Made by a program: the position numbers and the translations under genes. A stretch of DNA of 64,000 nucleotides from Actinokineospora sp. (GTDB taxonomy: Bacteria; Actinomycetota; Actinomycetes; Mycobacteriales; Pseudonocardiaceae). Under the pieces are notes generated by a model that ran no database searches, had not been told where the DNA came from, and was given only the letters and a program-made list of their open reading frames with translations. The stretch spans positions 3,582 through 67,581 of the forward strand of contig DATLIA010000372.1 in NCBI GenBank assembly GCA_035540215.1, read 5' to 3'. Below are positions 12,480-23,015 of this stretch, one piece after another; position 1 is the stretch's first letter; each line of letters begins with the position of its first letter.

Positions 12480-13958
12480 TCAGGCGCAGTGGGTGTCGGG
12501 CGGGGGCAGGGTCAGCGAGATCAGATAGTCGTCGACATGCCGGTCGACGCAGATCGACTGGTGGTAGGCGGTGTGCCCGTCGCCGTCCCAGGTCAGCAGC
12601 CTGCCGCTGTCGAGCAGCCCGGCGAGGCTGACCGCGCCCGCGTACGGGGTGGCGGGATCGTGCACGGTCCCGACCACCAGGATCGGCGCCGCGCCGCTCG
12701 CCTTCGGACGATTGAGCGGGTGCCGGGCGGCGGGCCAACTCTTGCAGCCGAACAGCGCGTACGCCGACCACCGACCGAACACCGGGAACTTGGCGATGGT
12801 CTTGGCGACCGCGGCCTTGATCTCCTCATCGGACAGTGTCGAGTCGCTGTCGTTGCAGTTGATGACATAGCCCGCGTCCCGCGGCTCGCCGATGTTCGGG
12901 TCGTCGGTGCCCGAGTCGAACCCGTCGTCTATCGCGAAGAACTCGGTCGAGTCGGAGTCAGTGGCGGCTGCCAGGAGAGCTCCGTCGAGATAGGGCCACT
13001 GGTCATCGGCGTAGAGGAACGCGACCACACCACTGAGGATGTCATTCGGATCGGCGAGACGGCCGTCCCCCGGCTTCTTGGCCGGAATCGGACTGGTGGC
13101 TGCCTTGGCAACGACGTCGGCCAACATCTCGCGCGGGTCGCCGACCTGCGCGCAGCTCGGCCGGGCGGAACAACTGTCGGCATAGCGCGCGAAGCTGTCC
13201 TCGAATCCCGCGATGGCCCGCTCATGCACGGCGAGACCATCGAGCGCCTGATCGGAAGGTGCGTCGAGCACCACGGCGCGGACGCGGTCGGGGAAGCTGT
13301 CGGCGTACTCGGCGCCGAGCTTCGCGCCGTACGAATAGCCGACGTAGGTCAGTTTGTCGTCGCCGAGCGCGCTCCGGATGGCCTCCATGTCACGTGCGGT
13401 AGCAGTGGTGTTGAAGTGCTCGGCCCGGCCGCCGAGGTGATCGGCACACGCCTTGAGGCGCTTGGCTTCTTCCGCGGTGAACTGGGCGAAACCCACCTCT
13501 GTGGACACATCGACGTCCGGCGACTCGCCAAGGTCGGGACACCGGATTCCCGCTGACCGGCCAGTCCCGCGGGGGTCGAAGCTGACCAGGTCGAACCGGC
13601 CGAGGACATCGCCGGACACGGCGCCGGGCCAGTGCCCCATGCTCTGGAGTCCGGAAACACCTGGGCCACCGAAGTTGACGATGAGCGAGCCGATCCGGTC
13701 GTGCTGCGTCGACGAACGCACTCGCACGACATGGATATCGATCTTTTCTCCCGGCGCGGCATAGTCGACGGGGACCGCGAGCTTTCCGCACTCGTAGGTG
13801 AGCGACGCGCGCAGGTCGGCGGGAATCGCCTGCTCGTCGATCGTGATGAGGTCGCCGCAGGGGGTGAACGTGAGAGCGGGCTCGGGATCCGCCGGGTCGG
13901 CGCACGCGGAGGCGAGCATCACGACCGCGATGACCAAGGCGGTTCTGACGGTGCTCAT
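12480..13958 (-). CDS. Lipoprotein alpha/beta hydrolase (TAP/tripeptidyl-peptidase-like, S33)
   Basis: Lipobox LASAC, NFGGPG, FDPRG, GYSYG, DPATPY, GDGH. Confidence 0.88.
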   Translation of the reverse strand: MSTVRTALVIAVVMLASACADPADPEPALTFTPCGDLITIDEQAIPADLRASLTYECGKLAVPVDYAAPGEKIDIHVVRVRSSTQHDRIGSLIVNFGGPGVSGLQSMGHWPGAVSGDVLGRFDLVSFDPRGTGRSAGIRCPDLGESPDVDVSTEVGFAQFTAEEAKRLKACADHLGGRAEHFNTTATARDMEAIRSALGDDKLTYVGYSYGAKLGAEYADSFPDRVRAVVLDAPSDQALDGLAVHERAIAGFEDSFARYADSCSARPSCAQVGDPREMLADVVAKAATSPIPAKKPGDGRLADPNDILSGVVAFLYADDQWPYLDGALLAAATDSDSTEFFAIDDGFDSGTDDPNIGEPRDAGYVINCNDSDSTLSDEEIKAAVAKTIAKFPVFGRWSAYALFGCKSWPAARHPLNRPKASGAAPILVVGTVHDPATPYAGAVSLAGLLDSGRLLTWDGDGHTAYHQSICVDRHVDDYLISLTLPPPDTHCA

Positions 13959-14095
13959 CGGGACTCCAAGGCTCCGCCCCCGCTCAGGTAGGTCGGAGAT
14001 CCATCATGCGGTGTTACCGCCGTTTCGGCACCTGCGAATCGGACAAGGAAGGGCAAATCGGGTCGGCGCGTGCGGAGCTTCGAATTCCGTAACCG

Positions 14096-16063
14096 CTAGT
14101 GGCGCGGTTTCCGGTTGCCTAGGTAGTCCCCGACGACCGCCGCCCCCAACCCGTCCAAGTCGGGCGTGATCACCCGACCCCGGCCTCGTCGGGCGATGAT
14201 GTCGACGAACTTCGCGAGGTTCTCGTCCTCCCCCAGCATGAACACCGTCACCGACGCACCCAGCTTGGCCAGCGCGTCCACCTCCGCCAGGGTCTTCGAC
14301 AAGGTTCGAGGCGTCGGTGGGTAGGTGAACTCCGCGTGCCCGTCCGGCTCCAGGTGAGCCGTCGGCTCGCCGTCCGTCACCACCAAGACCACCGGGTTCG
14401 CGTCCGGGTTGCGACGCAAGTGCCTGCCCGCCAACAGAAGCGCGTGGTGCAGGTTCGTGCCCTGCTCCCACACACCCTCCATCGCCGTCAGTTCGCCGAT
14501 GTCCACTGTGGACGCGTGCCGCCCGAAGGTGATGAGTTGCAACTCATCCGAACGGAAGCGGGTGGATACCAAGTGGTGCAGGGCCAGCGCCGTCCGCTTC
14601 ATCGGGACCCAGCGGCCGTCCTGGATCATCGACCAAGACGTGTCCACACACAGTGCTATCGCCGCTCTGGCCCGCTGCTCAGTCTCGATGACCTCGACGT
14701 CGGACACGTCGATCCGCACGTCGCCGCCGGTTGACGCGGTCCTCAGCACGGCGTTGCGGACCGTGCGGGAGACCTCCCAGGGTTCCGAGTCGCCGAACGC
14801 CCACGGGCGGGAGGCGCCAGTCGGCTCGCCCGCCGCTCCGGCTCGGGCCGTGTCGCGTTCACCTCGGCGGGACCGCAGAGTGCCGATCACATCGGACAGT
14901 GCGGTCTCGCCGAGTCGGCGCAAAGCCTTGGGCGACAAGTGGAGCGAGCCGTCGGCGGCGCGTTCCAGCAAGCCCTGGTTACGCAGTTCGCGTTCCAGTT
15001 CCGACAGGCGACGCGCGTCGACTCCAGCGTCCTCGCCGAGTTGGCGGGACAGGGCCTCCAGGTCGATGTCCTCCAGTCGAGCACCCGGATACGACTGGGC
15101 CAACTGCTCGGCCAGCGCGTCCAGTTCGGCGAGGTCGGCCATCGCCTGGGCGCCCTCGCCCAGGCCCAGCGGGTCCTGACCGCGGAAGCGAGCCGACGAC
15201 GTCCAGTCCTCGCCCGGCCGCAGCGCGCGCAGGTTGGCGTCCAGTGTGGACACCTGTTCGGCCAACCTCGGATCGCCGAAGGCCGCAGCCATGAGTTCCG
15301 ACAGCTCGGCGCGCTGCTGGGCGCTCATCGAGTTCATCATGCGCTGGGCGGCGGCGGCTCGCGTGGCCAGTGCGTCGATCAGTTCCTCGACAGTGCGGGG
15401 GTTTTCAGGGAAGAAGTCGCCGTGGGCGGTCATGAAGCGGTCGAACTTGTCCGTCGTGTCCTCGCCGCGTAGGTGGGACAGCAGCAGGCCGTTCAGGTCT
15501 GCCATCATGGCGCGGATGCGTTCGGCGTCTTCCGGCCGGACGTCGCTGAGCGCCTGTTTCATGCCCTGGAACCGGGACTCCATCAGCTCTTGGCCGAGCT
15601 TGTCCCGGATGCGCTGATAGGCCTGCCGGGCCTGCTCGGACCGCCAGTCGTAGTCGGCCAACTCGCGAACAGCCGCCGCCGTGCCGGGTGGCAGCGCGTC
15701 GAGTTGGGTCTCGCGGAAGCGTGCGTCGTCGGACGGGTCGGGGAACAGCGCGGCCCGTTCGGCGGTCAACGCCTCGTCCAGCAGGGCCCTGACCTCCGCC
15801 AACGTGCCGTCGAGGTTGTGGCGGCGCTGGATGCGGGCGCGGCGCTCCCACAGCCTGCGGGTCAGCTCGTCGAGGCCCGCCGTGTCGCCCGCGCCCCGCC
15901 GCAGCAGTTCCTCCAGTGCGGAGCGGGGCGACGATCCGTCCATGACGTCGCGGCCGAGTTGCTCCAGTGCCTCGCGCAGGTCGACCGGCGGGGCGAGCGG
16001 GTCGGGGCCGTCGTGCCACGGTCCATAGTGGAACGCGGAGCGCGAGCCCCGGTAGTCGGTCAC
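14096..16063 (-). CDS. VWA domain protein (Rv0959-like)
   Basis: MIDAS DTSWSM, GTNLHHAL, VVTDGEP; coupled to the AAA ATPase. Confidence 0.85.
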   Translation of the reverse strand: MTDYRGSRSAFHYGPWHDGPDPLAPPVDLREALEQLGRDVMDGSSPRSALEELLRRGAGDTAGLDELTRRLWERRARIQRRHNLDGTLAEVRALLDEALTAERAALFPDPSDDARFRETQLDALPPGTAAAVRELADYDWRSEQARQAYQRIRDKLGQELMESRFQGMKQALSDVRPEDAERIRAMMADLNGLLLSHLRGEDTTDKFDRFMTAHGDFFPENPRTVEELIDALATRAAAAQRMMNSMSAQQRAELSELMAAAFGDPRLAEQVSTLDANLRALRPGEDWTSSARFRGQDPLGLGEGAQAMADLAELDALAEQLAQSYPGARLEDIDLEALSRQLGEDAGVDARRLSELERELRNQGLLERAADGSLHLSPKALRRLGETALSDVIGTLRSRRGERDTARAGAAGEPTGASRPWAFGDSEPWEVSRTVRNAVLRTASTGGDVRIDVSDVEVIETEQRARAAIALCVDTSWSMIQDGRWVPMKRTALALHHLVSTRFRSDELQLITFGRHASTVDIGELTAMEGVWEQGTNLHHALLLAGRHLRRNPDANPVVLVVTDGEPTAHLEPDGHAEFTYPPTPRTLSKTLAEVDALAKLGASVTVFMLGEDENLAKFVDIIARRGRGRVITPDLDGLGAAVVGDYLGNRKPRH

Positions 16064-17466
16064 GGCCCGTACACCACGGCGCCCGCCGTAGCGTCCTTGG
16101 CGACCTTGCGGGTCAGGTACAGGTATTCCAGCGCCAGCTCGACGGCCGAGGCGATCTTGCCGGGGCTGTCGTCCGGCCGCACGTCGACCCGGCCGGCGAC
16201 CTCGTGCAGCAGCGGCAGCTCGGGCAGCGCGGCCAGCACCTCCGACCCCGGCACTCGCTCCCCCGTCGCCACCAGCGTGCCGTCGGCGATGACGTCGATG
16301 AGCGGACGCAGGTCGAGCCCGGCGAACCGGTCGCGCGCGGTCTCGGCGACGGCGCGGCGCAGCAGGTGGGTCAGGTGCTCGGTCTCGCGGCCCTCCTCGC
16401 CGGACTCGAACTCCAGCTTGCCGCGCAGCACCTCGGGCACCGAGTTCAGGTCGATCGGCCGGGCGACCGCGGGCTCCTCGCCGATCAGCGCGGACCGGCG
16501 CAGCGCGGCGGCGGCGACCGTCTCGGCAGCGGCGACGGCGAAGCGGGCCGACACACCGGAGCGCTGGTCGATGGCGCTGGACTCGCGCAGGTTGCGAACG
16601 AACCGGGCCAGGACCTCCAGCAGCGGGTCGCCCACCTCGGCGACCAGGTGCGCCTCCTGCCGGACCATGGCGACCTCGGCGGCCACGCTGGTCGGGTAGT
16701 GGGTGCGGATCTCGGCGCCGAAGCGGTCCTTGAGCGGGGTGATGATCCGGCCGCGGTTGGTGTAGTCCTCAGGGTTGGCCGTGGCGACCAGCAGCACGTC
16801 CAGCGGCAGCCGCAGCGTGTAGCCGCGGACCTGGATGTCGCGCTCCTCCATGACGTTGAGCAGCGCGACCTGGATCCGCTCGGCCAGGTCGGGCAGCTCG
16901 TTGACCGCCACGATGCCCCGGTGGGCCCGCGGGACGAGTCCGAAGTGGATGGTCTCGGGGTCGCCGAGGGTGCGGCCCTGGGCGACCTTGACCGGGTCGA
17001 CGTCGCCGATCAGGTCGCCGACGGAGGTGTCGGGGGTGGCCAGCTTCTCGGTGTAGCGCTCGTCGCGGTGGCGCCAGGTGACCGGCAGGTCGTCGCCCAG
17101 TTCGGCGGCGCGGCGGACCGACGCCGGTGTGATCGGGGCCAGCGGGTGTTCGCCCAGTTCGGCGCCGTCGATGACCGGGGTCCACTCGTCGAGCAGGCCG
17201 ACCAGGGTGCGCAGCAGCCGGGTCTTGCCCTGGCCGCGTTCGCCGAGCAGCACGAAGTCGTGTCCGGCGAGCAGCGCCCGTTCGAGCTGGGGCAGCACGG
17301 TCTGCTCGAAGCCGACGATGCCCGGCCACGGGTCGCGGCCCGCCCGCAGCGCGGCGAGCAGGTTGTCGCGGATCTCGGCCTTGACGCCCTTGGGCAGGTG
17401 CCCGGCGGCGCGCAGGGCACCGGCGGTACGGGGCAACTTGGTTGAAGGCACAGCGGGGACGGTCAC
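16060..17466 (-). CDS. AAA+ ATPase, Mg-chelatase-like (Rv0958-like)
   Basis: GERGQGKT, VNELPDLAERIQ, ANPEDYTNRGRIITPLKDRF. Confidence 0.87.
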   Translation of the reverse strand: MTVPAVPSTKLPRTAGALRAAGHLPKGVKAEIRDNLLAALRAGRDPWPGIVGFEQTVLPQLERALLAGHDFVLLGERGQGKTRLLRTLVGLLDEWTPVIDGAELGEHPLAPITPASVRRAAELGDDLPVTWRHRDERYTEKLATPDTSVGDLIGDVDPVKVAQGRTLGDPETIHFGLVPRAHRGIVAVNELPDLAERIQVALLNVMEERDIQVRGYTLRLPLDVLLVATANPEDYTNRGRIITPLKDRFGAEIRTHYPTSVAAEVAMVRQEAHLVAEVGDPLLEVLARFVRNLRESSAIDQRSGVSARFAVAAAETVAAAALRRSALIGEEPAVARPIDLNSVPEVLRGKLEFESGEEGRETEHLTHLLRRAVAETARDRFAGLDLRPLIDVIADGTLVATGERVPGSEVLAALPELPLLHEVAGRVDVRPDDSPGKIASAVELALEYLYLTRKVAKDATAGAVVYGP

Positions 17467-17519
17467 ACCCCGACGCTACGCAGATTCGCGCGGCCGGTCG
17501 ACATGGAGCCCGCTCGAGG

Positions 17520-18728
17520 TCAGTGCCCGGCGCGGATCTCCGCGCGCTGTTCGCGGTACTTGACCCACTCATAGACGATCAGCGCCACGAGCAGCGCCGC
17601 CAGGACCGCCAGCGAGACCAGGGCGGGCAGCAGGGCCATCAGCGGCACGATCGCCACGAGCAGCACCCCGAGCGCGATCCGGTGGGTCTTGAGCATCCGG
17701 TTGCACCGCCACGACACCGCGGCCTGGGCCAGCAGGTACAGCGCGGTCCCGCCGAACATCGCCCACAGCGGCGCGCCGTAGAGCGCGTCCGACAGCGTGT
17801 GCCCCTTGTCGCCCGCGACGTAGTTGAGGACCTTCTTCATCCCCAGCGCGAGCATCACGATGCCGATGACCATCGGCAGGTGCAGGTAGCTGAACGCGCT
17901 GCGACCCATCCGGGTGCGCTCCTCCCCCGCCGCCTCGTGCAGTGCGCGCTCGGACAAGTGCGAGTGGGTGTCGAAGTAGGCCCACCACAGGCAGGCGGAG
18001 ACAGTCAGACCCAACGCGGCGGCGATGATGATCGGCAGCGAGATCGCGTGCAGGTTGACCCCGACGCCGATGGCCACGATGGACTCGCCCAGGGCGATCA
18101 GCAGGATCAGCCCGTGCCGCTCGGCGAAGTGCTTGGCCGACTCGATGCGCCACCCGCGAACGCCGATGGCCACGGTGCCGCCGTAGTCGGCCGCGATCGC
18201 GGCGACCCATAGCAGGACCTGCGCGGTGCCGGAGGTCTGCGCGGCGATGAGCAGCAGAATCGTGCCGCCCGCCATGGTCGCGCCGAACCGGACAAGTTGG
18301 GCACGCAGTGCCTGGTCGCCGCGCGCGACGATCCAGAACAGCCACAGGTGCACCAGCCGGACCAGCAGGTAGCCGAAGGCGAACACGGTCGGACCGTGCA
18401 ACCCGCCGGGCAGGTCGACGAACGACTCCGGGATCGCGATGGCGACGCCGAACATGGCCCCCATCGCCACGAGCATCGCCGTCCTGGCCAGCCCCTCGTC
18501 GGCCTGGACCAGATTGGACAGCCACGAGTAGCCGACCCAGCACCACCAAACGACGGCCAGCAGCAACGCGCCTCGGCCAAGGCCACCCCAGGTGGGCGTC
18601 TCGGCCATGAACGCGGTGACCTGGGTCAACGCGAAGACGAAGACCAGGTCGAAGAAGAGTTCGAGGTTGGTGGCCGTGGAGCTCTCGGCCATCTTCTTCA
18701 TCCCGGTCGACCTTGCGGGCTTACTCAT
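17520..18728 (-). CDS. Low temperature requirement protein A (LtrA) family membrane protein
   Basis: LELFFDLVFV and HFAERHGLILLIALGE signatures. Start codon uncertain. Confidence 0.88.
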   Translation of the reverse strand: MSKPARSTGMKKMAESSTATNLELFFDLVFVFALTQVTAFMAETPTWGGLGRGALLLAVVWWCWVGYSWLSNLVQADEGLARTAMLVAMGAMFGVAIAIPESFVDLPGGLHGPTVFAFGYLLVRLVHLWLFWIVARGDQALRAQLVRFGATMAGGTILLLIAAQTSGTAQVLLWVAAIAADYGGTVAIGVRGWRIESAKHFAERHGLILLIALGESIVAIGVGVNLHAISLPIIIAAALGLTVSACLWWAYFDTHSHLSERALHEAAGEERTRMGRSAFSYLHLPMVIGIVMLALGMKKVLNYVAGDKGHTLSDALYGAPLWAMFGGTALYLLAQAAVSWRCNRMLKTHRIALGVLLVAIVPLMALLPALVSLAVLAALLVALIVYEWVKYREQRAEIRAGH

Positions 18729-18770
18729 ACGGCCCATAGTGCACCGAACGGGTGTCGTAAATTAGTCCGG

Positions 18771-19253
18771 GTGCTGATCAGACTGCGATGGGATCCGGAG
18801 CCCGCGGATTGGGCCGACGGGATCCGGGCGACCGTGCCGTTCGCCCGCTGGAGCCGTTGGTTCGCCGTGGCGCTCGCGGTGGGCTCGATCGTGCTGTTCC
18901 TGATCGGACAGACCGGGCCCGCGGTCTTCGGCTTGGCGAGTGCGCTGGTCATCGCCCTGCTGCCCACCCTGGACGTGTGGCTGGCGTTCCGCCGAAATCC
19001 GATCGCGGGCCGGACTGTGACCGCCGATGTCGACGGCCACACCATCCGGATGATGACCGCGGACGGGACTGCCTACAGCGACATCCAGCTGGCCGACTTG
19101 AGCGGCTGGGCCGAGACCGAACGCAATTTCGTCCTGCGCACGGGTTCGCGTGGATTCCATCCGTTGCCTGGTCGAGCGTTCGACAGCACCGAGGACCTCG
19201 ACCGCTTCCGCGACCTACTAGTACGCACTGTGGGACCCGCAGGCGGGAGCTGA
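18771..19253 (+). CDS. YcxB-like membrane protein
   Basis: 3' part of ORF 18297..19253 from GTG 18771. Two TMs followed by a WAETERNFVL...LPGRAF domain. Confidence 0.6.
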   Translation: MLIRLRWDPEPADWADGIRATVPFARWSRWFAVALAVGSIVLFLIGQTGPAVFGLASALVIALLPTLDVWLAFRRNPIAGRTVTADVDGHTIRMMTADGTAYSDIQLADLSGWAETERNFVLRTGSRGFHPLPGRAFDSTEDLDRFRDLLVRTVGPAGGS

Positions 19254-19291
19254 GAGGCCGGGTCCCTGAGCGGTCGCGTAACCTACTTCGC

Positions 19292-20086
19292 GTGTCAACT
19301 CCGAGTGCGACATTCGCGGTATGGGTTTCCGCTTGGCTCAACGGTTCCGCCGCCCCTGACGACGTCCTCGACGCCCTGCTGCACTGGGCCGAGCTGCATG
19401 ACGTGGTCGCGGTCGACGAGCCGACGGCCATCGCGCTCGACGTGCCGGTCCGCGGCGAGGCGGGCGGCCAGGTCGCCGGACTGCTCGCCGCACTGCGCCG
19501 GGCCGAGGTGACCGGCGGCAGGCTGGTCCTGCCGGTCGCGGGCGACGTGCGCGGCCTGGGTGGCCGCAGCGAGTTCGCGGGCACCGCCCTGCACGCCGGT
19601 GAGGCCGTTGTCCTGCACGGCGCCGCATTGGGCCTGGTCCCAGAGCCGATCGCCGACGGCGTCCTGCGCTGGACCGTCTTCGACATCGGCGACGCCCCCG
19701 CCGCCGAACACCTGCCCCTCGGCGAGGCCGAGCACGAGCTGACCGGCGCCATGCGGGTCGCCGCGGGCGTGCTGACCGAGCTGGGTGTGGCCAAGCACCG
19801 GGCGGGCGTGCGCGAAGAGATCACCGCTCGCGTCGCGCACCGTTCCAATGCCCCGTGGCCCGAGGGCACTCCCCCGCGTGCGCTGCGGGTGCTGCAGCGC
19901 GCCAACGAGGTCTCGGCGATCCTGGAGCTGGCCGCCGAGGACGCGCCCGGCAACGCCGTGTCCGGTTCGTCGGCCCGCCGCCGGGCCGAGGCGCTGCGTC
20001 CGCTGAACGACGCCGTGCGCGTCGCCCGGCTCGCCGCCGTCGAGGAAGCCGTCCGGGTCTTCTCGGACCACGCCGACAAGCACTGA
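19292..20086 (+). CDS. Conserved actinobacterial hypothetical protein
   Basis: 3' part of ORF 18788..20086 from GTG 19292 (STPSATFAVWVSAWL..PDDVLDAL), coding-like GC3. Confidence 0.65.
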   Translation: MSTPSATFAVWVSAWLNGSAAPDDVLDALLHWAELHDVVAVDEPTAIALDVPVRGEAGGQVAGLLAALRRAEVTGGRLVLPVAGDVRGLGGRSEFAGTALHAGEAVVLHGAALGLVPEPIADGVLRWTVFDIGDAPAAEHLPLGEAEHELTGAMRVAAGVLTELGVAKHRAGVREEITARVAHRSNAPWPEGTPPRALRVLQRANEVSAILELAAEDAPGNAVSGSSARRRAEALRPLNDAVRVARLAAVEEAVRVFSDHADKH

Positions 20087-20231
20087 CGCCTTCCACGGGA
20101 AGCCGCCATTCGGGTGGCGCGCGGGGTATGCGGGGAACCGTCTCAGGGTGATGGACATCCATTAGTCGAATCCGACGATCGCGGCCTCGGAGAGTGACTG
20201 ATCTGTCACACTGACGGCTCGCCATCCCCCT

Positions 20232-22001
20232 TTGGAGGAGTCCTTGTCCCACCCGACCCCGGGCCGCGGTCGCAGGCCGTTGGTCATCGCCGTCGCCGTG
20301 GGCCTGCTGGCCATCATCGGGATCTATGTCTTCACCGCCCGCGATGGTGCCGCCGCGAACCGCACCGACTGTGTGTCGCTTGAGCTGAGCTCGTCGACCG
20401 AGAAGGACGACATCCTCGCCGCGGCCGCCGACACCTACAACCGCTCCGGGCGCGAGTTCGCGGGCGACAAGTGCGCCAAGGTGTCCGTGCACGGCCTCAC
20501 CTCGGGCGCGGGCATGGAGGCGCTGTCGAAGGGCTGGACCGCGGCCGACACCGGCCAGCCGCAGCCGCAGGTGTGGGCGCCGAGCACGTCGCTCTGGCTG
20601 AGCAGGCTGGAGGCGCGCGGCCAGTCCGCGGTCGCCGTGTCGTCCATCCACCCGTCGATCATGTCCAGCCCGCTGGTGGTGGCCATGCCGGAGATGATGG
20701 CCAAGGTCTTCCTGGAGAAGAACCCGAATCCGGGCTGGGCCGACATCCTCAAGCTGGCCACGGCGCCGGGTGGGTGGGGATCGCTCGGCCATCCCGAGTG
20801 GGGCGAGTTCAAGCTGGGCCGCGACCACCCGGAGCTGTCATCGTCGGGGCTGGGCGCCTCGATGGCGACCTTCCACGCGGCCGCCGTCGCCAACGGCTTC
20901 CCCAAGATCGACGAGTCCAACGTCGGCAACGCCGGGGTCCTGCGCTTCGTCCACGACGTCGAGTCGTCGGTGGCCCGCTACAGCAAGGACGCCGCCGAGT
21001 TCGTCGACCTGCTCGCCGCCGAGGACAAGAAGAACCTGCCGGTGCCTTATGTCAGCGCCGTGGTCATGCAGGAGGAACTGGCCTTCACCTATAACAAGCG
21101 TGGGCCGATCCGGAAGTTCCAGGCGATCTACCCCAAGGACGGCGCGCTCCAGTTCGACCACCCGTACGTGGTCCTGACCTCGGCGACCGCCGACCAGCGG
21201 GCCGCGGCGGACGACTTCTTCAAGTTCATCTCCGAGCCGGAGACCCAGGCCGTCTTCCGGGCGACCGGGTTCCGCGACCGCGGCGCGCCGAACACGCCGA
21301 CCCAGGAACTGCGGGACGTGCTGTCGGTGCCCGCCGAGCAGTCGCTGCCGACGATGCCGCTGCCAGAGCCGAAGCTGGCCGAGGAGATCGTCAAGCTGTG
21401 GAACTCGACCCGGCGCGAGGCCAGGGTGCTGCTGGTACTCGACATCTCCGGCTCGATGACCCAAGAGGCGAACAAGAGCGACCCGGAGCTGGGTGACACG
21501 ACCAAGATCACGCTGGTCAAGCCCGCGGCGAAGCGGGCGCTGGACCTGTTGTCGGCCAAGGACGAGGTCGGGCTGTGGACGTTCTCGTCGCCCGGTCACA
21601 CCGAGGTTGTCCCGATCGGGAAGCTGTCGGACAACAAGGCCGCCATCACCCAGGCGATCGACGGCATCAACCCCGTGGGCGGCACCGCGCTCTACGACAC
21701 GGTGGCCGCCGCGCACGCCAAGATGATCCAGTCGGTCGACGCCGACCGGATCAACGCCATCGTCGTGCTGTCCGACGGGCAGGACGACTCCAAGGTCCCG
21801 CCGCCTGCCGCACTGCTCGCCAAGATCAACCCCGAGCTGACCGAGCGGGCCATGCCGATCTTCACCATCTCCTTCGGCAAGGACGCCGACCCCGACGCCA
21901 TGCGCCTGATCGCGTCGACCAGCAAGGCCCTGGCCTACGACGCCGTCAAGGACCCCAAGAACATCGACGAGGTGTTCACGGCCGTGTTCAGGAACTTCTG
22001 A
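20232..22001 (+). CDS. Membrane-anchored substrate-binding domain plus VWA domain protein
   Basis: N-terminal TM, SSTEK, SSPLVVAMP, YPKDG...DHPY, MIDAS DISGSM, VLSDG. Confidence 0.85.
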   Translation: MEESLSHPTPGRGRRPLVIAVAVGLLAIIGIYVFTARDGAAANRTDCVSLELSSSTEKDDILAAAADTYNRSGREFAGDKCAKVSVHGLTSGAGMEALSKGWTAADTGQPQPQVWAPSTSLWLSRLEARGQSAVAVSSIHPSIMSSPLVVAMPEMMAKVFLEKNPNPGWADILKLATAPGGWGSLGHPEWGEFKLGRDHPELSSSGLGASMATFHAAAVANGFPKIDESNVGNAGVLRFVHDVESSVARYSKDAAEFVDLLAAEDKKNLPVPYVSAVVMQEELAFTYNKRGPIRKFQAIYPKDGALQFDHPYVVLTSATADQRAAADDFFKFISEPETQAVFRATGFRDRGAPNTPTQELRDVLSVPAEQSLPTMPLPEPKLAEEIVKLWNSTRREARVLLVLDISGSMTQEANKSDPELGDTTKITLVKPAAKRALDLLSAKDEVGLWTFSSPGHTEVVPIGKLSDNKAAITQAIDGINPVGGTALYDTVAAAHAKMIQSVDADRINAIVVLSDGQDDSKVPPPAALLAKINPELTERAMPIFTISFGKDADPDAMRLIASTSKALAYDAVKDPKNIDEVFTAVFRNF

Positions 22002-22588
22002 TGAGCTTTCTCGACGATCTGTCCGACCCGGTCGGGCTCGGTGCCGCCGTGGTACTCGGCGGCGGCGCCGCGGCGATCACCGCGGCCAGGGCCACCCCGT
22101 CGTGGCTGGCGGTTCCGATCGGGGTCGGGGTGGCGGTGCTGGTGGCCGTGGTCAACGCGCTGCTGTCGCGCTCCCCCGCGCCCGCGGCGACGCCGTGGCC
22201 CGCCGACCGCGGCACCCTGCCCAAGTCGACCGCCGACGCGCGGGACCAGCTGCGCCGGATCTGCCTGGCCGCCGCGGAGATCCGGGTCGCGGCCACGACG
22301 GTGCCCGAGGCCGACCCTGTGCTGCCCCCGGCGAACCGGGTGGTCGACGCCGCCTATCGACTCGCCGCCTCCGTCGCCCGCGACGACGGCGCGCTGCCGC
22401 ATGGCGCCACGGCGACCGTGATCACCGCGCTGACCGTTGCCGCGCACCGGATGTCCGACGTGGCCACGCGGGTCGACGGTCCGACGGCGAGCCGGATCTC
22501 GGTTCTGGTGAACGATCTGGGCTTGGTGAGCCACGATCTGGAAAGCGCTGAGTCGGCCGTGAAAGCCGCGCTGACCGACCCGCGGTAA
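22001..22588 (+). CDS. Hypothetical membrane protein coupled to the SBP-VWA gene
   Basis: TGATG overlap, MSFLDDLSDPVG, two TMs then a helical region. Confidence 0.7.
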   Translation: MSFLDDLSDPVGLGAAVVLGGGAAAITAARATPSWLAVPIGVGVAVLVAVVNALLSRSPAPAATPWPADRGTLPKSTADARDQLRRICLAAAEIRVAATTVPEADPVLPPANRVVDAAYRLAASVARDDGALPHGATATVITALTVAAHRMSDVATRVDGPTASRISVLVNDLGLVSHDLESAESAVKAALTDPR

Positions 22589-22595
22589 TGCCGAT

Positions 22596-22775
22596 GTGAC
22601 CATAGTGTCCCGAGTCGGAGGTTCGACACCAACTCCGGCGCCCGCGCGGCGCCTGGCCGCACCGCGCGAAAACCCAAGTACAACCCGGTACTACGGCCTT
22701 CCGCGCGGCACGCCCAGCCACCACGCGGATCACCGGATCCGGCGCCGAACCTCCGACTCGGGACACTAGGGTCAC
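22596..22775. repeat. Long palindromic MITE/REPIN-like intergenic element
   Basis: Perfect 23-bp inverted repeat TAGTGTCCCGAGTCGGAGGTTCG (22603-22625 / 22746-22768), extendable by GTGACC/GGTCAC. The interior is also imperfectly self-complementary around AGTAC-aacccg-GTACT. Confidence 0.8.
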
Positions 22776-23015
22776 GCCGAAGATTCTTTCGTGCACGAAG
22801 CAAATGTCGAAGATCGACGTTTATTGCCATCACACCCCGGATCCCCCGGGTTCAGCCACGTGACACATAGCTGCCCCCACCTGGACATATAGAGATTTAC
22901 AGCGACTAGCGGGGCGATCCATAACGCGGTGCTATGGGATGTTGAGATGAGCGGTCCGCCAGCGGTTCGCCCAGTATGGGCACATTGAACCTGCCGCTGT
23001 TACCGGAGTCACACC

